Shown in pieces: positions 10,624 through 22,941 of a stretch of DNA of 64,000 nucleotides (positions are counted from its first letter, which is position 1; each line of letters begins with the position of its first letter). The notes under the pieces are model-generated. The model was not told the DNA's origin. It was given only the letters and a program-made list of their open reading frames with translations, and ran no database searches. The DNA comes from Vitrella brassicaformis CCMP3155. Lineage: Eukaryota > Protista > Chromerida. The stretch is from the NCBI GenBank assembly GCA_001179505.1, contig CDMY01001028.1, positions 1 through 64,000 on the forward strand. The letters run 5' to 3'. A program made the translations under genes and the position numbers.

Positions 10624-13129
10624 TCATGTCCGAAACACAAAGGCGTAGTGGCGACACGTCTCCTTCTCGTCCACGGACTGGTATCGCTCGTCCAGCGCAC
10701 GGAGGCTAAACAAAAAGACAAACGGCGCTATGGTGTTGAAGACAAGTATCCCACTGCACAGCAGCGTCACCACACGCAGAACACGCACGCCCGGCTCGCT
10801 CTCCATCCTCAGCAGCGGCAGGTTGGCCACCCTCACGGCATACTACAACACACACACACACACACACACACACAAGCACATGGGCTCTTTGCGCTTCCCT
10901 TGGTGCCGTTCTTTGCTTACGATGAAGAGGAGCCACTCAAAAATGGCCTCGATCACAATGAGCACCGCGAGACTCGCCAGCCGCTCACACAGAGACGCGT
11001 AGCACGGCTGCAGGATCTGCTCCAGCGTGAGCATCAACACATTGACGAACACCAAAAAGCTCAGCTCGGTGAGGTTGAAAGCGTGCAGCCCGTCCGAGAG
11101 AGCTCTCAGGTATCTGGGGGTCGTGTCTCTGCACACATACGCCACTGAGAGGTCGAGCACTCGTCGGGTGTATGTGGTCATGGTCGACATGCTGCTGAGC
11201 GCACGTTGAAGGGTCGACTTTTGTCTCCCACCCCGGGCGGCAGCCGACTCCTTGGCGCAGCTGGTGACACTGCGGGAGAGGATTGAGGGGCTTCGGGTGT
11301 TGTCGATGTTGCTGCTGCTGCCGGCGCGGGAGGGGGACACCTGGCCCGAATCTTGCGCTTCAAAGTCATGACGCTGGTGTTGGCTGCGCTGATGCATTTG
11401 TCCTTTATGTGGCGCCACAAAGTGGTCTTGATGATGTCACCTGGGCGCAAAGAGAGAACAGCAACATCCGTCCGTTCGTATGTCTCGTGCGTGAGCGTCG
11501 AAAAGGAATACGGCACCCAACCGTAAGGCAGAAACAGGTCGGTGAGGAAGTCGAATGTGGCGAAAATCAAAGAGTTGACCACCTTTGCCTCTACCGACTC
11601 CATACGGGCCTGGATCAACCGGGGCACGCTGATGTACAGCATTGCTGAGGTGAAGATCAATGGAGCTGTCCTTGTTGGGGGCCCGTGAGCGATAAACCGG
11701 GCTGTGCCGGTTGCTATGCCTGCAGGACAGGCAGAGACACGAACTGTCCTTGCGTGTGGACGGATGAATCTTTCTTTCAATTGATTTCGTGTTGACCTAT
11801 GAGCGGCCTGCCGACAATGAGCGCAATGAATGCAATCTTGGTGCGGCGAGCGTCCGACTGCGCCTTCGTTGCTAATGGCAGGAACAGCGTCAACCATATG
11901 GTCATGGTGATGAGCGGCATGAACCACGTCAAGGTCGCCTGCAGGGCGTATATCCTCTTCTCTCTGACGGAGCTCATGTTCATGTCATCGGCCGCCTGAC
12001 GATAGAACAGGTAAGGGGTCACCGCACCTGCAGGCACAGTGACACCGACACAGGAAACACGGACCCTTCAGAAGGAGACACGGAGAGAAGGCATACCGAT
12101 GCAGATGTAGAGGGCTGGACCGAGGAAGGCGTTTTGGACAATCGACGACAGATGAACATGGTGGGAAACGGACGTCAGGAGGGTGAAGACCAGCAGAGGA
12201 AACACGACGGGGCACGACTTTCGCAACCGTCTCCGGCACCTGTAGAGGCAATCGCCCCCAACGCCTTCGACCATGAGGGTGCAAATGAGCCAGAAAATGC
12301 CCCAATCAGTGCTCTCCTGGCGACGTCGAGGATGATCCAAGGCACATCGACGCTCGTGTCCTCACAGGAAAGCCAGTAGAGCGTATATAGCACCACCCAC
12401 ACGGCAGCGATGCCGGTCCCAGCAGCCACTTGATGGCAAATGACGTGGAGAGAGCGCCACATAGTGCGGCTGACCGGCTCTGGGTGGAACTCGGCGCCAA
12501 CCAGCACATCGACCATGAGACCATCAGGGCCCTCGGCCTCCTCGTATCGCATTCGTGTCTCAAACTCTTGGTACCTGCACACAACACAAATGCATGTGCA
12601 AATGTCTTGAACACCCATAGCCCGAAGTCAATGCTCACGCGGCATTGTATCCTGCGGCGTCGTGGAACTCTCTCTCCACAGCGGCAATGGCCAGCTCCTG
12701 CTCCCTCTCGCCCCTCGGAAGGCCCGCTTCCTCCATCATGACCCCATCTCGGCTCCTCCCGCGCCGCTCGCTGGGCGGCTCCCGGTCGATGAAAACACTG
12801 AAGAACCGCTGCACTCTCTCACGGAAGGTGCGCCGCGTCGGCATCAGCTGCCAGTCACCCCTCTCCCTCGGCAATGCGGGCAAGTTGCAGTCGCCTGGGT
12901 GTTCCGCTGGCCCCCCGACCTTCCCCCGATCATGCTCTGGCTGTTCCGTGAGCGTGACGTCGACTTCGTTGTCAGACCAGACAGACTCAGCAGACCAGTG
13001 GTCAGATGACTCGATGACAGGGGAGCTGTCGCCTTCAATTTGATTCAGCCGCACGGTCACGATGGGACTTATCGTGGGAAACGTCCGGGCAACGTCGTTA
13101 CTCTCGGTCTCGGGCTCCGTCATCTTCAT
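10624..13129 (-). CDS. Multipass membrane protein of unknown function, multi-exon
   Basis: Acidic N-terminal exon (12635-13129) followed by exons with many hydrophobic helices, e.g. GIAAVWVVLYTLYWL, TWFMPLITMTIWLTLFLPLA, SFLVFVNVLMLTLEQIL, LASLAVLIVIEAIFEWLLFIV, VVTLLCSGILVFNTIAPFVFLFSL. Confidence 0.65.
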
Positions 13130-14818
13130 TGACGCGGCGGAAGATGGCTCATTCGAGCCGCCGGCGGAGGGCTGCCAGTGTGCTGCTGGGGTGGTTGCTG
13201 GGGCCAGCAGGGTCGTCTTGGTTTGTGTTCTCCATTCTGAATCAGCGCAATGGCGATCGTCGTCGAGAGGCCTGTCGGGTTTTTACGAGGGAGGCGGGAT
13301 ACCTTTTGTGGACTCAAAAAAGACTTGGCCGCCAGGCCGCCTAGGACATCATGATTACGTGAAACTGCTCGAAAAAAGTCTCCAGTACAAGCGCCGCATC
13401 ACCCGACGAAAGACTGGCTGTGTGTGGTGCAACTGGTGTCCCAGTGCAGTTTTCCGCTGCTGCTCGCCTGGTTTGACCCGGAGACGTGTGCGGCAGCGTC
13501 GTCCTGTGAGAAAGCGCTCACAGGGCGCAGCCGCTCAAGATGTGAAGAGAGAAGCAGCGATTCAGGCACCGAGCAAAGTGAGCCATAGAAAGGCGCCGTC
13601 CCATGATGGGCGTGAGCAAGACATAGCTGACAGTGAATGAGCGTCATTCAGCTGACAATGAGCAAGACATAGCTATAGTCGCCGATTGACGTGCTGCACC
13701 CCTTTACTCGCTCAGATGGCGGTGCCGAGCGTCATGCAGAGGTATACGTTGACGACCATCACGCTGCTGAGGGTGCGGCTGACGACCAGCCGATGATGGG
13801 CGAAGGACCATGCACGTCCCGCACACGTGCAGTCAGCCATGTCTCGTACACGTACGTGCATCGATCAAGTTCCGCATTCCTGTATGTACGTGTGGATTGG
13901 CCACCACGCGTTCCGGTGGGACTGCTGCTGTCGAGGTGCCACGGATAGAAGATAGATAGCGGGTGGCTGGACCGATTGATCCACTCAGTTACCTTTACGA
14001 TCTCTACTCCTTCTAGTCGGCTGAGGCTCGGCTCTGCTATTGTCTGCGATACCCACCCAATTTCCCACATACCCACCCAGACACCCACCGACCCACCCTC
14101 ACGTGTGTGCATGAGTGTGCGAATTATATATGAATTGCATAATCAGGGTTAGATAACCACACAACGGCCACGTACATACACATACGCATACACACACACA
14201 CATACACGTACGTACACGCACATACCCACACAGACAACCACCGATAAATGCCCCATCCAATGTGACCGTCGGGGCCAATTAGCCCCTCGCTCCCTCTCAC
14301 ACACCGAAATACAGCACATATGTGCACGAACAAGAGAGAGAAAAGGGGGGGGGGGCCGAAAGCCGCCCGCATTGTATAAGACACATTGCACATTCAGAAA
14401 CAACACCATATACACACACGCACACACACAAAGGCACAAATACATACACCCTCGCGAAACGACGGGGAATGAATATGAAGTATGTATGTATGTACGTGTG
14501 TGTGTGTGTGTGTGTGCTGGACAAAGACGACAGACACAATGAAATCATTCGCAGGCACCAGGCTCTCCACGGTAGGAACGTCGATTGCTGATGACCGCCA
14601 GAAGACACGGTGGTTCGTCTGGATGTATGGATGGAACATGTAGTCAGCACCACATAGGAAAAAGCTGCACATAAGTAGCCCCAAAAAGAGACATGACATC
14701 ATCGGTGCATATGTGGGCGGCAAGCGCATCATCCAGTGAGTGTACACCGTGCCCCTAGATGCGTATGTGCATGAACTGTGTGTGAAAAAAGGCCCTCCAG
14801 CTACCCCTCTAAATGGAG

Positions 14819-17800
14819 CTACACACACTCTGCAAAGACACACACACACACAACAGACAGACACAGTCGCCTGCCCGCCTGTGTGTGGTCTTTCATGTTC
14901 TGACCGAGATAGAAGATCGTCTTGGTGTTGAGGAGTGTCTGCGAGCCGAAGCTATCCTCCACACCGAGGGCCGACTTCATGTCCACGTCAGCAGTGCCGG
15001 CATCGCCCCGACACGTCAGCAGCAGCACCTGCTCATCAGCCACAGACCCACCCACACCCCCCACGGCTGGGGCCATCCGTCGCCTATGCGAATTGGCCGG
15101 AAGCGCCGCCCACTCGCCGGGCTGCCGAATCATGGCCAGCAGCGACCGGCGCCCAGACGGCGGGCTGGGCTCATCCGATGGCACAAACACTGATGAGAAC
15201 GATAAGTACCCAGGCCTGCACACATGTGGCAAACGGCAACACACAACACAACACAACACAACAGAACACGTGGCATTGGTGTCATGAATGCGTCAATGTG
15301 TGTTGTTCATTGTGGCTGGTCCATCCATGCCTGTATGGAGGTGCGGTCCGGACGGTCTCGTTTTGCATGGTGGTGCTGCTGTTAGCCCCGCTGCCCAGTG
15401 AGGCGAGGGAGAGCTCAAAGCCGGTGGGAAGGGCAGGCGTGATGGCCTCAGGGTGGAGCACATATCTCAGGGGGGGCTCGCCGTCAGCTATGGTGAAGAG
15501 GGAGCTCAGATGCACGCCAGACGGGGCGCCCGCCTGGACGCCACGCAGCGTCACCGAGCCACCGTCGGCCTCGTATCGATGTGTGACTGACAACACGGTC
15601 AGAACACGCACAGAAATCATGGCAGGAACAGTGGATGGAGTTGACATATATGTGTGCCTACTCACTTGATGGGAAGGAGACCTCGGTGCCTTCAGCCCTG
15701 CCGTAGCTCTTCATCTTGCCCCCTGGGTGTTGGCACTCGAGCGAGCCGCTCACCAGGTCATCGTTTTCACGGACCGGCTCCTTGTCAGCTGCACGAACAC
15801 ACGGCGCATACATGTGCTGTATGCGGTGTCATCTCATCCGCCCACCCACCCACCCACCCAGATACGTACATTTGAGGAAGCACATTTTGCTTTCCGGCAT
15901 GTACGAGAAGAACCTGCACGGGGGCATCTCTTCGCACGCCCTGGCGCACATGTTGACGTCCTTGATGTTCGCCAGCCTCCCCAAGTTCGGGCGGTTGTCC
16001 CCCAGCGCCACGCCGTACTCCTTCCCCCTCTCAACGCACTCACCGCTGACCTGCTGTTGCTGCTCTTCTGCCCGGGGCTTTCGTCTCTCCTGCTCCTTCT
16101 GCTGTCGCCGAGTCTGTCCATGTGGCGCTGCAGGCGCCTTGCAGTACTTTCGACCGGAGACCAAATCGGGGTTGTTGACTGGCGTGCCCACTTCCGATTT
16201 GAAATAACACGTCTGGCGTACGGAGAGGTAAGAGAAAGCCTCGCAGGCCGGCATCCACTGGCATAGCTTCTGGCACTCCTTGGGCGACCGCACTCCCTCC
16301 TTTAAGCCGATGTGGCTGGCTGGGCGGCTCGTCTTGTAACCTTTGCCGATGTCGAAACAAGCACGCGCCAGAGGGTCTTGTTCCTTTCCACCATCCGGGT
16401 CCTGCTTGTCGGCTGCTGCAGCTGCTGGTGCTGATGGATTGTGCGTCCTGTTGGCGGCGTGCTGCTGCTGTCCTTGCCTCTGCACAAACGATATAAACAA
16501 CCAGACCAGCGCCACGAGCAAGTCATCCCGCACAGGTGGTCAACGTTCCCGCTCTCTGCTCACCTGTCCCCCATTCTTCCCGCCCTCCTGCCTCCTGTCG
16601 TCCTTGCCCGTCACGGCTTGATTCTCCTGCTCCCGCTGTGCTTCCGCACCCGCACCGGCTGTCGAGTTGAGGCTTTCTGTGTGCTTGCTGTCGTCATCGT
16701 CACGGAGAGGCCGCACAGGCGCCGGTGCATCGTCATAATCGAAGTCCTCAAGCACCATGTAGTCCTCCATGATGTCGTCCTCCCGTGTGGCCACAGCCGC
16801 GGGGGGAGGGGTGGTGGCCTCGCCACTGCCTTCCTCATCCCCGGCTGCACCACCTGCAGGCGGAGTGGTGGCACCCGCGTCTGCCGGCTGGTCGATGCGG
16901 ATGAGCAGACCCGCGTCGCTGCTGGATGGGGGGCCGGTGGTCATATGAGAGGGTGCCTTGGGGGACCCCTCCCAGCATGACCTGCGGCCGGACACCCACT
17001 TGGCGTCTTGTCTGGACGGTGCGAGACTCGTCTTGAGGTCACACACGCCGTCCGCCATAGAGAGGGAGAATGCCGCGCATCGAGTGTCCTGCTGGCATAG
17101 CAACTGGCAGACGTTGACGGCTTGCTTGGTGCTCATGGATGAGGGTGTGAGGGGCACCCTGGTCACCAGCATGCCGACGCCAAGCTCAACGCCCTCATGC
17201 ACACACGCGGGAAACTCCTCTGCCTCTGCTGCCTCTTGGTCTCGGTCTTGGTCGTCATTGTCGACGTCCATGAAGTAGAAGGTATCTTGCTCTTGCACAT
17301 CTGGCGGTGCAGGAGTCTCTGCTGCCGGCTCTTGTGCCGCATGCTGCTGTCGTTGTTGATGTGTGACGACAGGCTTGAAGACCTCGTGGGTGCCGGGGGG
17401 TGGCGCGGGGCCGCTGACGTCCACATCCTCCGTCATGGCGGGTGGGGGCGTGGTCATCTCGTTCTGGGCTATGTGTTCATCGATGGCTGCTGGTGGGGGG
17501 GTGGAGGCTGACACGTCATCGAACATGCCCGACGCCACCTGGTCTGCACACAGGCAGAGAGGAGGGAGGGAGGGTGCATGGATGGATGGATGGATGGACA
17601 TGTCTGTTCAGGTATGGCTGACTGACTGACCTTGGCTGGCGGCCTGGCCGAAACCGACGTAAGGTACGAATTCCTCTCTGAAGGGTACATACTGCGGCTG
17701 GTCCTCCTGTCGTGTGCCTTGCTCGCCGGGCTCCTGCCGCTGGGCCTCGGTCGTCGCTTGACCTGCGGAGGGACACACAGACGCGCACATGTAAGCGCTC

Positions 17801-20558
17801 TCTCTCTTGCTATGTGTGCGTGTGTCTGTAAGTGATGTCCATGCGGTGACCGTCTGAGTCTGCGTCATCGAATCCGACATAGGGGACAAACTCCTCACTG
17901 AAAGCCACGTACTGGGGCTGCGTCTGGGCTTGGGCTCGGGCTTGTGCCGTCACGTTGGTGTCTTGATCCGTCTCATCAGTGGCGAGCGAGCTGCCATGAG
18001 ACTGGGCGTCGATGAAGTACACGTACTCGAGCTCCTCGGTGCTTTCACTGTTCGCCGCATCTAGAAAGATGGATGCACACGCAGACACGCAGAGATGCAG
18101 GCAGGGTGCACACGCGCATGCGCGAGCAGCTTTATTGGCTTAAACGACACAGGTCCAGAGATGTAGCTACCTAGGTTACCTGTGTCGTTTGTGTCCTCCT
18201 TGGCCAAAACAGAGAGGTCCCGTGGGATACCCGCATTGGGGAGGGGCAGAGTCGGCTCCTTCACACTCGCACCACGGGGCGCCTCCACCGACTGCAGACA
18301 CACACGTCACCCACCCCACCCATGCACACGTACATACGCACATCTCACGTACAATACAGGCCCCACTCATTTCGGTGCCTGGCTGACTGACTGACCAGCA
18401 CAGATGTGGTGAAAAAGTTGGCGCAGCTGTAAGGCGTCTGGTCGTCAGGGTCGATCTGTACCCAGTTGGCGCCCCCGTCCATCATGTTGGGCTGGCTGGA
18501 CCCAACCATCGCGCAGTTCGGCTGTCGCGGATCAGCCGTGGCATTGCTACTCTCGTCATTGTCGCCACCACCATTGCCACTGCCCCCATCTCGTGTTGCC
18601 GTGGCGGGCACGGATCGCTGGTTCATGTAGGCGTTCCTGGCGATGGTGGTGCGCTCGATGGACAGACTGGCCACGCCGGACGGACGGACAAACAGCCCCC
18701 CTCCCCCACCTGTGTGTATGGATACATACATACAACCATCGCACATGGGCGGGCAAACAGGGAGGGAGGGATGGATCATGTGTTGGGGGAAGGATGGCTG
18801 TATGTGGCTGACTGACCGTATCTGCCTGAAGCCGTGTTTTTGCTGATGGTGGATGCGGCGACTTTGAGGGCGCTGCGTGGGGAGGTGACGGCGATGGCGC
18901 CCCCGTTGCCCTTGGCGATGTTGTGCTGCAGGTACGAGTGGGAGACGGTCAAGGGCCGCTCGGTAGTGCCACACGATGACGACACCGCCAAGGCGCCACC
19001 GGTCGATGCAGGATCCAAAACACTGCAACACAGAGGAGAGGAGACGGTTGTTGGCTGATTGGGGTGACTGGTGCGTCATCGGGTGTGTTCGTGTCTTTTC
19101 GTTTGTGCATGGCGGGCGTGCCTGTTGTGCGTCAGTGTCATCTCGTCAAGGTCAACGGCAGCGTTGCAAAGCACACCGCCACCTGCACACCACAGCACAC
19201 CGTCCATCGACCGACCCAACGAACCAATGGATGGATGAATGAGTGAATGAATGTACAGGCCAGTGTAGTGTCGATCGTCCACCCATAGACCCACCTGCTT
19301 CCACAGCCGTATTGCCCTCCACACTCGTCCCCTTGAGAATCGACCCGTCACTGCCAGCCGCAAAGTGAAGAGCTCCACCACGCTCCGCAGAATTGCGCAG
19401 AAACGCTGAAGTGACAGACATTTATTCACACCGTACGTACACAAAGGTGCCGAGAGAGAGGGGCACGCAGTGGTGTGTACCCGAGTTGTTGATGGTCACT
19501 GGCCGTTGTGTGTGCATGCCTCCGCCGGATGAGTCGTTGCCCGCACTGTTGGCCACCACCAGCGACTGGTCAATGGACAAGAGAGGTTCCTCGGCCTCAT
19601 TCGCCATGTCGCTCGCGTAGATGCCCCCACCACTTCCTGCAACGCCACACCACACCACACACAGTAGGTTGAAAGGTGATGGACAGGTGTGCACGATTGC
19701 GTGGCGCGGCGCACGTGTTGCCTGATTGTCGCGGAGGACGGTCTTGAAGAGGGTGACGCTCGCCGCACCGCTGGCCACGAAGATGCCCCCACCATTGGAC
19801 GCAACGTTCCCGTGCACATCCGAGTGCCGCATCCGCAGGTCGCAGCTGCTCCACACGGCCCCTCCATGGCCCGCGTGGGAGTACCCGGACACCTCGACGG
19901 CGTCCAATCTCATGAGCGTCTTGCCCCCCTCAGGCTGCACACACGAGATGCCCCGGGACAACCGCCCCTTGTTGATGAGCTTGACGTCGCGAAGGCTCAG
20001 GTGCTGGCGGTGGCTCTCAATCGTGCTGGGCGGACCCGGTGCGTTCGCTGCCCTTCCCTCGCGTGTGGCAGTGCTGGTGTCGACCACCGAGAAGCCCTCG
20101 AGCTTTGAAGTCCTGTCCAAATCCGCAGCATCAGCACCGCCATCGCCGTTTCGAAAGACGAAAAGGGCTGCGGTGTCTGTAACAAGGTACAGACTCTCCG
20201 ATCCAGGGCCGATGATAGTGAGCGCATCTGTGACGACAGGGAGGCCGCCATTCAGGACGAGCACCGTGCTGTCGTTGGTCGGCGGGGAGAACAGGGGGCT
20301 GGTGGTCGTGGTGGTGTCGTTTGGCGTGGTGGCGACCAGGCGGATGACGTCGTGCCCCTGTCTGCTGTTGGCGATTTCGACGGCCTCGCGCAGCGAGGCG
20401 CCCTCTTGCCCCTCGCCCGTCCTCACCACTATGGGCGCATTGTGCCGCTTCGCCACCTGCGCCAACGACACTCCACACCATGAGGCGCCCAGCAGCACGA
20501 GCAGGAGCAGTGAACACAGCGAACGAGCAGTCAAGGGAGGGAAGCCCGTTATCGTCAT
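14819..20558 (-). CDS. Large secreted protein: CSLREA-type N-terminus, right-handed beta-helix (GGAI/FxxN-like) repeats, acidic linker and three PAN/Apple domains
   Basis: Signal peptide SLCSLLLLVLLGASWCGVSLA, then GASLREAVEIANSRQGHDVI. Repeats GGAVWS..GNVASNGGGIFV, NSAERGGALHF, HNIAKGNGGAIAV. Apple modules CQLLCQQDTRCAAFSL..GVCDLK, CQKLCQWMPACEAFSY..QTCYFKS, CARACEEMPPCRFFSY..KMCFLK. Checked splice junctions at ~18400, 18178 and 16552 keep the frame. 3' end approximate. Confidence 0.8.
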
Positions 20559-20722
20559 TGAGAAAGCGGATACCGACAGGTGGTGCTGGTGGTGCCTGTG
20601 CCTCTCTCTGCTGTTCCCAGGCCGCTTGCTCCTTATATCATTTGCTCAGAGGGCAGGCAGGTCAACTTATTTGCTACTGTAACGGCCGAAGAAAAAATAA
20701 AAGTCACGCGCACACCGCAGAG

Positions 20723-21938
20723 ATGGACTCTCACCTGGCTCATCTTGTCGCGCAGCGTCTTGTCGCCTGGTGGAATGTGCTCCACCCCGACTCCCCGCCC
20801 ATGACGGTCAAACGCCGCCCAGGAACTGACCGGCGTCATTGCACAGCTGAGTAACTCGCTCAGCGTTGCCTCAGAACAGGGAGAGAGCAGGAGCTGCTTC
20901 AACTACTTCATTCCAGTCCTTGCCGAGCTGCTCAAAAGGCGCCCACACAAGGCCCTTCACCTTCTCTGGGGGAATAAAGCCGTCGTCAACTACGGCTTTG
21001 TGGTGCGCGACGCCAATGACACTACCCTGTGGCCGCCGCAGTCAGCGTGGCTGCTTGTTTCTGTCCATTCCGCAGGCTTGTGACGTCCCCCTTCGGATCA
21101 CCGACGAGCTTCGGGAAATTCTCTCGGCCGGTCTCGAGACTGCCGAGATGATGTACGCCGGCACGTCCCACAACAGCCAATACGGGGCGGGTCCGCCACC
21201 CGAGATCCGGTACGAGCCGGAATTAATCCCTCACACCCTCTCTGCTCTCTGTCGACCTGTGTTTTGAATGTGTGTAGCATGACTGATTATTTGGCTGAGG
21301 CCATTGAGTTCGCCAACGACGTGCTGCGCACCGAGATCACCCTGGCGACCAAGTGGAGGGACGCACGGCCGCTTGCCTGGCTGCTGTCCGCCATCGAGTT
21401 CCATATCGACGACGTCCACGATACCGACCTCGACGGACGCACCGAGGCGTGCCTCCGCGAGCGAGAGATGATACAGGACATTCCACAAGACCAACGAGCT
21501 TCGGGAAATCCTCTCGACCAGTCAATAGTCCTGTCTTCATACCCGATCACATGTATGGAAAGAGATCGAGAACATGACCAATGGGCTGGATGCAAACGTC
21601 TGCTGTGCAGGTTTCCAAACGTGTGTGCCTTTGTCGCATTTTGGGCCGGCAGGGATCTGGGGTTGAGAGCAATCGATCGGTCTTTCTACAAATACGTGCA
21701 GTATTTCGAGCCGCAGGTGGGAGCGCCGGCGAATCTGCACCAGGTTGTGTATACGTTCTGCCGCAGGTGCTCTTATAACCATGTGCAAAAGGGGATGGTC
21801 AGTGATGGATGTGTGTCTCTGTTCGGTGTGTCCATTGCAGATTGGTCTTCCCGGCCGAACCGCATGCATTCGGACCCTCCAGAGACCCACCAGCTGTGCA
21901 GGAGACCAAGGTACGCTCACTCGTACGTGAGTTCCTGA
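20723..21938 (+). CDS. Lineage-specific hypothetical protein (possibly disrupted)
   Basis: Protein-like exons QELTGVIAQLSNSLSV..LAELLKRRPHKALHLLWGNK, CDVPLRITDELREILSAG, and ORF 21264..21938. The 5' segment does not join in frame without an unidentified intron or frameshift. Confidence 0.4.
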
Positions 21939-22941
21939 ATCCCTTCCGATTCGATCCCCGCACGTGAGTCGTAATATTTTATCTCGGTCGGCCACAGATG
22001 TGAATGTCTGTATGCGTGCAGGGGAGTGTCACAGGTCCATGTGGGCTACTACCCGATTGGATGAGGGTGAGCGGCAGTGCAGTATCTGAATCCAACGGTG
22101 TAGTTTCTGTAGAGTGTACGTAATGCTCACATGCAGTGTCGCTCTTCTTTTGCGACGGGCCGTGTGTGTGAGAAGGTTGTCGCTTGTCAGTAGAAAAACC
22201 CAAACAGGCCAACAGTAGAAAAACCGAAACCGAAAACCGAACAGGCTGGCAGAACCGTTTCGGTTCCGTCCCTCTATTTCGTTATTTCTTCCGACTAGCC
22301 GAGGAGGCGCAACCGGGAGGGCGTGCCGACTCAACACGGATGGACACTTCCTCCCTCTCACCTCCTCGACTGTTCTGTCGGACCGGGGCCTTTTGATTCA
22401 AGACTTCTGTGGTGTGTCGGCACTGGACTGTCTCGGCTGCATCTACCTGTCGGCAGCTGATCTGCCGTCACTGTTCTGTGCGACTGGGCTGTCGCTGAGC
22501 TGGGATATGGGAGCAGCAGCAAGATGTATACCACGCATTCCAGCCCGTGAGCCACCCAAAGGGAGGCTGTAGCGTAGACAAAAGGACTGCCTAATGACCA
22601 CAGACTATCGTGGCCTTAACAAGTCGTGCGACCAATAAGGAGAACGAGAGGCATCATTCACAATGTCCACATACACTGTACCTACCACGTCCACACACAC
22701 ATCCATGCACGAACACATACACACATGCACAGCTTGACGGGGCCTCAGGGGTCGTGCGAGGGAAGACAGTCAAGGGGCGAGGCCGAAGGACGACAGGCGT
22801 GCGGATCCACACATGTCGGATGGATGCGCCAGGCGGGTTGGTCGGTCGGCCCGATATCGACCAAAGGCCGGGGAGGCTGGGCTGCAAAGCCGCCGTCATC
22901 TGTCGGGGTGGTAGTGTGAGAGCGTTGCCGTCAGTCCGTGG

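Noticed and set aside
10471-11148. Plus-strand 225-aa ORF
   Set aside because: It is mostly antisense to the membrane-protein exons and runs through a CA microsatellite. Only about 30 N-terminal codons look protein-like.
11178-11530. Apparent frameshift in the multipass membrane gene
   Set aside because: It can be resolved by a plausible GT-AG intron (TGG|gtgccg...gggccag|GTG), so no lesion is needed.
13300-13680. Possible small gene (HHDYVKLLEKSLQYKRR..) and a 16-bp direct repeat tgagcaagacatagct
   Set aside because: No recognisable domain or supported start/splice pattern, and the repeat is an isolated local duplication.
22186-22270. AACCGAA/TTCGGTT repeats as a transposon end
   Set aside because: No matching opposite terminus or TSD could be found in the window.
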